A DNA stretch of 60,441 nucleotides from a virus. Lineage: Duplodnaviria; Caudoviricetes. A model generated the notes under the pieces. It searched no databases and was not told the DNA's origin. It saw only the letters and a program-made list of their open reading frames with translations. The first letter of the stretch is position 1. Each line of letters starts with the position of its first letter. Position numbers and translations under genes: made by a program. Positions 56,041 to 60,441 of the stretch are shown one piece after another. The stretch spans positions 1 through 60,441 of IMG/VR virus record IMGVR_UViG_3300045283_000290, one strand, 5' to 3'.

Positions 56041-56499
56041 ATGAACCGGATAAGGCGCCATCGCGACCTGGTGATCACGACGCACCAGCGCGACCTCTTG
56101 ATCGACCACCTCGACGGGCCGGCGCCGATCGTCAACTCGCCGCTGGCACGACGCGAGCACGCCGCGAACTGGAAGACGGTCTCGGCCAGGCGCGAGGCGC
56201 TCAAGGGTCTCGTCGAGCGCGGGCTGCTGCGGCTCGACATGCGTCACCGTACGCCCCGGACCACGGTGATGACCGAGAAGGGGCGGGCGGCGCTCGCGGC
56301 CGCGCTCGCGGACTGGGCCGAGGCGCTGGTGCGCGCCGGCTACGGCGTTAACGGTTCGTTGACCATGCCGGTGGTAGCCTCCTCGGCGATCTTGGAGGTC
56401 CACCAATGCTTGAGCGACGACGTCCCCGCGCCCTGCCCTGCGGCTGCTGGACAGACTGCCGGTTCCTCTGCGACGAGCACGCCCCTGTCGGGGTCGTGA
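56041..56499 (+). CDS. Winged-helix (MarR-like) protein
   Basis: ALKGLVERGLL...TVMTEKGRAAL. Confidence 0.55.
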   Translation: MNRIRRHRDLVITTHQRDLLIDHLDGPAPIVNSPLARREHAANWKTVSARREALKGLVERGLLRLDMRHRTPRTTVMTEKGRAALAAALADWAEALVRAGYGVNGSLTMPVVASSAILEVHQCLSDDVPAPCPAAAGQTAGSSATSTPLSGS

Positions 56500-56809
56500 T
56501 TCTCGACCCGCCGGTTGCCGAAGTAAATCTGCCAGCCCCGGATGCCCTCCTCCCGGGCGTACCGCCGCGCGCCGTCTAGCGTCGCGAAGCCTCCCCGCGA
56601 GGTGCCGTCGTCGAGCGCGAGCAGGTGGTATTCACGCATCGGCGTCTCCCCGGGGCCGGGGGAATGCGATCCACCTGCCCGCAGCCGCAGTAGCCGCCTC
56701 TTTTGGCGGCGCGCGCGGGGACTGGACATTCACCGGAAAGCACGCAACACGACGACTGCCGGGGACAATCGTCCCCGCAACCGGGCCAAGGCCCCACAAG
56801 GAGAGTACC

Positions 56810-57058
56810 ATGGAGACGAAGAAGAACGGCGCCGACGCGCCGACCATCGACCTGCCGGCGGACGGCTCGATCCCGCCGGAACTGCAGCGCGAGGACACCC
56901 CCGAGCAGCGGGAGCGGATCAAGGAGATCGTCGCGGCGGACCAGCGTGCCGCCACCGGCGCCGGCATCAAGACTGGCGGGCGAGCGGGGCCTCGCTCTCG
57001 GAACCGCGCGCCAGCACGTGAGCGCGTTCTTCGCCTATTGCAAGGAGGCGCTCGATGA
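56810..57058 (+). CDS. Small hypothetical protein
   Basis: AAGGAGAG RBS. Confidence 0.5.
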   Translation: METKKNGADAPTIDLPADGSIPPELQREDTPEQRERIKEIVAADQRAATGAGIKTGGRAGPRSRNRAPARERVLRLLQGGAR

Positions 57059-57125
57059 CTTCCACGGCCCGGCCTCGCGGCTCCAGCGGGTTCGGCGCGG
57101 CGTCTACAAGCTGGCGGACGGGCCC

Positions 57126-57491
57126 ATGCGCCGAGTGATCGTCGAGAGCCCCTACCGGGGCAAGGACCGCGCCGAGACCGAGCGGAACCGCAGGTACGCG
57201 CGAGCGTGCCTGCGGGACTGCCTCGTGCGCGGGGAATCGCCGCTGGCGAGCCACCTGCTCTACACGCAGGCCGGCGTCCTCGACGACGCCGACGAGGAAG
57301 AGCGCAACCTCGGCATCGAGGCCGGGCTCGCCTGGGGCGTCGTCGCCGAGGCGAGCGTCGTCTACGAGGACCTCGGCATCAGCCCGGGGATGGCGCGGGG
57401 GATCGAGCAGGCGCTCGGCGACGGCCGGCCGGTCGAGTACCGGCGCCTTCCGCCGCTCGCGCTTCGGCTCGGACTGCTTTCCGGCCGGTGA
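57126..57491 (+). CDS. Nucleoside 2-deoxyribosyltransferase-like phage protein
   Basis: VIVESPYRG...N..YAR....GESPLASHLLY.Q...ER.LGI...GIS.GM. Confidence 0.7.
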   Translation: MRRVIVESPYRGKDRAETERNRRYARACLRDCLVRGESPLASHLLYTQAGVLDDADEEERNLGIEAGLAWGVVAEASVVYEDLGISPGMARGIEQALGDGRPVEYRRLPPLALRLGLLSGR

Positions 57492-58707
57492 AGGTCTCCC
57501 ACCTCCGCACGGCGAGGTCGCAGTAGGTCGGGTCGACCTCGAGGCCGACCGCCCGCCGCTTCTCGATCTCAGCCGCGATGATCGTCGTCCCCGAGCCCAT
57601 GAACGGGTCGAGCACCGCCTCGCCTGGCCGGGTGTTGTTGACCATCGGGCGGCGCATGCACTCGACCGGCTTCTGCGTGCCGTGGCCGGTGCGGGCGTCC
57701 TTGCCCTCGGTCTTGCTCGTGAAGCCGACGTTCGAGTTGATGTCCCACACCGTCGTCTGCTTGCGGTCCCCGTTCCAGTGCGAGCGGGCGCCGCGCCGGA
57801 CGCCGTAGAAGCAGCACTCGTGCTGCCAGTGATAGTCGCCCATCGCCATCGCGAAGTGCGGCTTGTTCCAGATGATCTGCGCGCGGAGGAGGTAGCCGGC
57901 CTGCTGCAGCGAGCGCTGGACGACCGAGCTGCGCAGCCCGGCGTGCCAGATGTAGGCGACGTCGCATCCGCAAATCTGCCAGACCACCGTCCAGTCGGCC
58001 TGGTCGTCGTTGTAGACGGCGCCGCTCGCCGAGAAGTTCCGCTTCATCACCTTCTTGCCGTCCTGGCTCAGCTTCAGCTTGGTGTCGATGCGCTCCTTCC
58101 GCCAGGCCGGCCGGTAGTCGATGCCGTAGGGCGGGTCGGTGATGAGCAGGTGCGGATTGAGGTCGCCGCAGGCGAGCGCCACGTCGTCGCCGTCGGTGCT
58201 GTCGCCGCACAGCAGGCGGTGGTCGCCCATGATCCACAGGTCGCCCGGCTTGGTTACCGCGACCGCCGGCGGCTCCGGCACCGCCTCGGGGTCCGGCCCG
58301 TCGGTGCCGAGCGAGACGCCGAAGACGCGGAGCTGCGCCTCGGAGAACCCGAGCAGCGGCAGGTCGTAGCCCTCGTTCTTGAGTTCCAGCAGATCGCCGC
58401 GGAGCAGCTTCGCGTCCCACCCGGCGAGGAGCGGCAGCGCGTTGTCCTCGATGCGGATCGCCTTCTTCTCCGCCTCGCTGAGGCCGCGGCGCTGGACGTA
58501 CGGCGCGCCCTTGAGCCCGGCGAGCTGCGCCGCCTCGAGCCGGCCGTGCCCCTTGAGGATGACCCACGCCTCGTCGACGACGATCGGCTGGTCGAAGCCG
58601 CGCTCCTTGAGGATGGTCGCCAGCGCGGCGACCTCGTTCTCGGGGTGCGTGCGCGCGTTGTTCGGATACGGGACGAACCTGTCGAGCGGCGCCCACCCGC
58701 TCGCCAT
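57379..58707 (-). CDS. ParB-like N-terminal domain plus N4/N6 DNA methyltransferase (beta class); 5' end abuts the IS
   Basis: NARTH, GFDQPI and GHGRLEAA (ParB); TDPPYG, HGTQKPV and VLDPFMGSGTT (MTase). The frame stays open up to and through the IS end. Confidence 0.92.
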   Translation of the reverse strand: MASGWAPLDRFVPYPNNARTHPENEVAALATILKERGFDQPIVVDEAWVILKGHGRLEAAQLAGLKGAPYVQRRGLSEAEKKAIRIEDNALPLLAGWDAKLLRGDLLELKNEGYDLPLLGFSEAQLRVFGVSLGTDGPDPEAVPEPPAVAVTKPGDLWIMGDHRLLCGDSTDGDDVALACGDLNPHLLITDPPYGIDYRPAWRKERIDTKLKLSQDGKKVMKRNFSASGAVYNDDQADWTVVWQICGCDVAYIWHAGLRSSVVQRSLQQAGYLLRAQIIWNKPHFAMAMGDYHWQHECCFYGVRRGARSHWNGDRKQTTVWDINSNVGFTSKTEGKDARTGHGTQKPVECMRRPMVNNTRPGEAVLDPFMGSGTTIIAAEIEKRRAVGLEVDPTYCDLAVRRWETFTGRKAVRAEARAAEGAGTRPAGRRRAPARSPAPSPG

Positions 58708-58755
58708 CTTGCGGCCGTCGACCGCGAACGGGTCGGTCTTAACATGCCTATCCGG

Positions 58756-58784
58756 TTGACGCATACAGATACTTGTGCTAGTGT
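58756..58784 (+). promoter_or_regulatory. Putative sigma70 promoter for the transposase
   Basis: TTGACG-N17-TAGTGT within and next to the TIR. Confidence 0.5.
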
Positions 58785-58832
58785 TTCCGACGTTGACGGG
58801 CATTTCGCCCTCCGATGTTGGAGTAAAGAGCC

Positions 58833-59882
58833 ATGCCGCCCCATGCCGACGTTCTCCAATGGGAACACCTGCCGTTTCCCCGGTCGCTTCCGCAGTTCCA
58901 GAGGCTTTTCCCGAATGACGAGGCGTGCGCGCGGTACTTGGAAGGGGCCAAATGGCCCAAGGGCTTCGTTTGCCCCTACTGCGACGAAAAGGGCGAGCCG
59001 TTCCGCATGACCACGCGCCCGACCGTGCTCACTTGCCGTTCCTGCCGTCGCCAGCATTCGCTGACGACCGGAACCGTGATGCAAAAGACACACTCGCCGC
59101 TGACGACGTGGTTCTGGGGCGCGTACCTCGTTTCGAGCATGACGCCCGGAATGTCCGCGATGCAATTCCAGCGCCAGCTTGGCTTGACCCGGTACGAGAC
59201 GGCCTTCCAAATCCTGCACAAGCTGCGCGCGGGGATGGTGCGCCAAGGGCGCGACCGGATCGGCGGCAATCTCGCGCGCGGCGATCACGTCGAAATTGAC
59301 GAGACGTACATCGGTGGCGTGACGCGCGGCGAAGGCAAAGGCCCCCATGCCGAAGACAAGACGCTTGTGGTCGCGGCGGTAGAGGTTCGCACCCGGCCGG
59401 CCAAGAAGGGCGACAAGCCCATGAAGCGCGGCGGGCGCTATGCTGGCCGGTTGCGGCTGGAAATCGCGCCGACGCGCGGCGCTAAGTCCCTGACGGGCTT
59501 TGTGGAAGCCGCCGTCGAACCGGGCGCGATGGTCATCACGGATGCTTGGGGCGGATACAACGGGCTGGCCGCGCTCGGCTACCAGCACTTGCCCGTTGTC
59601 GAGTCCGGCCGACCGGACGTGGCGGAAGAATACCTGCCCATCGTCCACTTGGTTTTCAGCAACTTGAAGGCTTGGCTGGCGGGGACGCATCACGGCGCGA
59701 TCAGCCACAAGCACCTGCAAACCTATTTGAACGAGTTCACCTTTCGCTTTAACCGGCGCTTCTACCCCTTCAACGCCTTCCGTTCGCTCTTGGGCATCGG
59801 GACCAACGGCGAAGGCCCGACTTATGATGGGCTTTATCAAGGAACTTGGAAGCATCCGACGATGGCTAGTCATCATGCGTGA
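58833..59882 (+). CDS. IS1595-family transposase (DDHK type)
   Basis: Zn ribbon CPYC...CRSC, then VEIDETY, ITDAW, VHLVFSNLK and YLNEFTFRFNRR. Confidence 0.96.
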   Translation: MPPHADVLQWEHLPFPRSLPQFQRLFPNDEACARYLEGAKWPKGFVCPYCDEKGEPFRMTTRPTVLTCRSCRRQHSLTTGTVMQKTHSPLTTWFWGAYLVSSMTPGMSAMQFQRQLGLTRYETAFQILHKLRAGMVRQGRDRIGGNLARGDHVEIDETYIGGVTRGEGKGPHAEDKTLVVAAVEVRTRPAKKGDKPMKRGGRYAGRLRLEIAPTRGAKSLTGFVEAAVEPGAMVITDAWGGYNGLAALGYQHLPVVESGRPDVAEEYLPIVHLVFSNLKAWLAGTHHGAISHKHLQTYLNEFTFRFNRRFYPFNAFRSLLGIGTNGEGPTYDGLYQGTWKHPTMASHHA

Positions 59883-60042
59883 CGTCAACCAATTGGGAAT
59901 ACTCGGATCGATCATTGCCACATGCGTCATAGTCGCCATTGCAGCGCTGATAAGTGCTGCGATGGACCCCCCTGGGGTCGCTCCTGGCGTCGCCATGTTC
60001 TGGTTTGCCGTAGGGGCTGGCGTTTCCAGAATTTGGCGCTGA
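59875..60042 (+). CDS. Small two-TM passenger protein
   Basis: Overlaps the transposase stop; two hydrophobic segments. Confidence 0.45.
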   Translation: MRDVNQLGILGSIIATCVIVAIAALISAAMDPPGVAPGVAMFWFAVGAGVSRIWR

Positions 60043-60080
60043 CCCGACCTAACCCGATGTTGAAAATCTAGGAGAGAACG

Positions 60081-60410
60081 ATGTCCGACAACGTAACCCA
60101 ACTTCCGCGCCGCGACTTGATCGCTGAAATGAAGGGGCCTGAATGCCCCGGAACATCCGTCATTATGGAGGGGCGCGAAGTCCCCGGCATGATGATGTTC
60201 GATCGGGGCGACGAAATCGAGTTCATAATCGATCATCGCGTCGCTTTCGGGTTTCCCAAGGCGCAAGCTTGGAACGCGGCTGCTTTCGCGTTCGCCGCAA
60301 TGGCCTTCGGCGCGGGGTGTGATCCGTTGAATTTCGAGCCGCGCCCCTTCGCAAAAAAAGTTGTGAGCCTCGGAATCATCGAAGGGCCTACGGAAGATGG
60401 TCATGGGTAA
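60081..60410 (+). CDS. Hypothetical passenger protein (109 aa)
   Basis: AGGAGAG RBS. Confidence 0.65.
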   Translation: MSDNVTQLPRRDLIAEMKGPECPGTSVIMEGREVPGMMMFDRGDEIEFIIDHRVAFGFPKAQAWNAAAFAFAAMAFGAGCDPLNFEPRPFAKKVVSLGIIEGPTEDGHG

Positions 60411-60441
60411 GGCTTGCCTACCCATGGGTGACCTCCGAAAA

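Larger units (their letters stand above)
1..60441. mobile_element. Myovirus-type phage/prophage segment (both ends outside the window)
   Basis: Contiguous recombination, lysis, tail, head and packaging modules with no host genes. IS-family insertions suggest residence as a prophage. Confidence 0.93.
58743..60441 (+). mobile_element. IS1595-family ISSod11-group element with passenger genes (E3); right end outside the window
   Basis: Left TIR CATGCCTATCCGGTTGACGCATACA followed by the transposase; no right TIR seen. Predicted TSD GGTCTTAA (58735-58742). Confidence 0.85.

Noticed and set aside
56044-56054. AACCGGATAAG resembling a fourth TIR
   Set aside because: Lacks the terminal CATG, a partner end and a TSD; lies in the first codons of an ORF.
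59874-59900. ATGCGTGACGTCAACCAATTGG as the right TIR of E3
   Set aside because: Only CGTCAACC matches; there is no GGATAGGCATG and no GGTCTTAA duplication. At most a remnant.
58254-60425. 723-aa - strand ORF across the IS
   Set aside because: Antisense to the transposase, crosses the element boundary and has no motifs.
60402-60426. Imperfect hairpin CATGGGTAAGGC-TT-GCCTACCCATG
   Set aside because: At the window edge, not similar to the TIR beyond CATG, and no U-tract; cannot be interpreted.
1-60441. CRISPR array, tRNA/rRNA, integrase/att sites, DGR or invertase-type fibre switching
   Set aside because: No regularly spaced repeats, RNA gene signatures, recombinase or reverse transcriptase seen by eye. 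Fibre repeats are diverged protein-level repeats.

Overview
The whole window is a high-GC tailed-phage (probably prophage) genome segment. No host housekeeping genes, integrase, tRNA or CRISPR array are visible. Positions 1-10960 (+) form an early recombination/replication-accessory operon: RNase H, ERF annealase, YqaJ exonuclease, DNA methyltransferase, ASCH, HNH-like and radical SAM genes. Positions 10976-55840 (-) form a complete contractile-tail morphogenesis and lysis operon with a Bcep781-like gene set: TerS/TerL, DUF1073 portal, MuF, DUF2213, capsid, DUF3383 sheath, baseplate, fibres, endolysin and holin. An ADLPxKAP-type outer-membrane protein and a DUF3309-type peptide point to an alphaproteobacterial (Hyphomicrobiales-like) host (inference). 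Most notable: three related IS1595/ISSod11-type elements with CATGCYTATCCGGTT ends sit in, or at the 5' end of, all three DNA methyltransferase genes. Two of them (3601-4374 and 55018-55310) have no transposase. They are cargo cassettes with 8-bp target duplications and a CWAGATGTWG (NrdR-box-like) repeat at identical offsets that brackets the cargo. Also unusual: tail-fibre proteins with Sec-type signal peptides and paired cysteines, a portal fused to kinase-like and Nudix domains, a HiPIP-like domain on the DUF2213 protein, and one ~70-aa module inserted in five structural proteins. Several 1-bp frameshifts at short repeats may be sequencing errors. All family calls come from motif recognition by eye, not from database searches.
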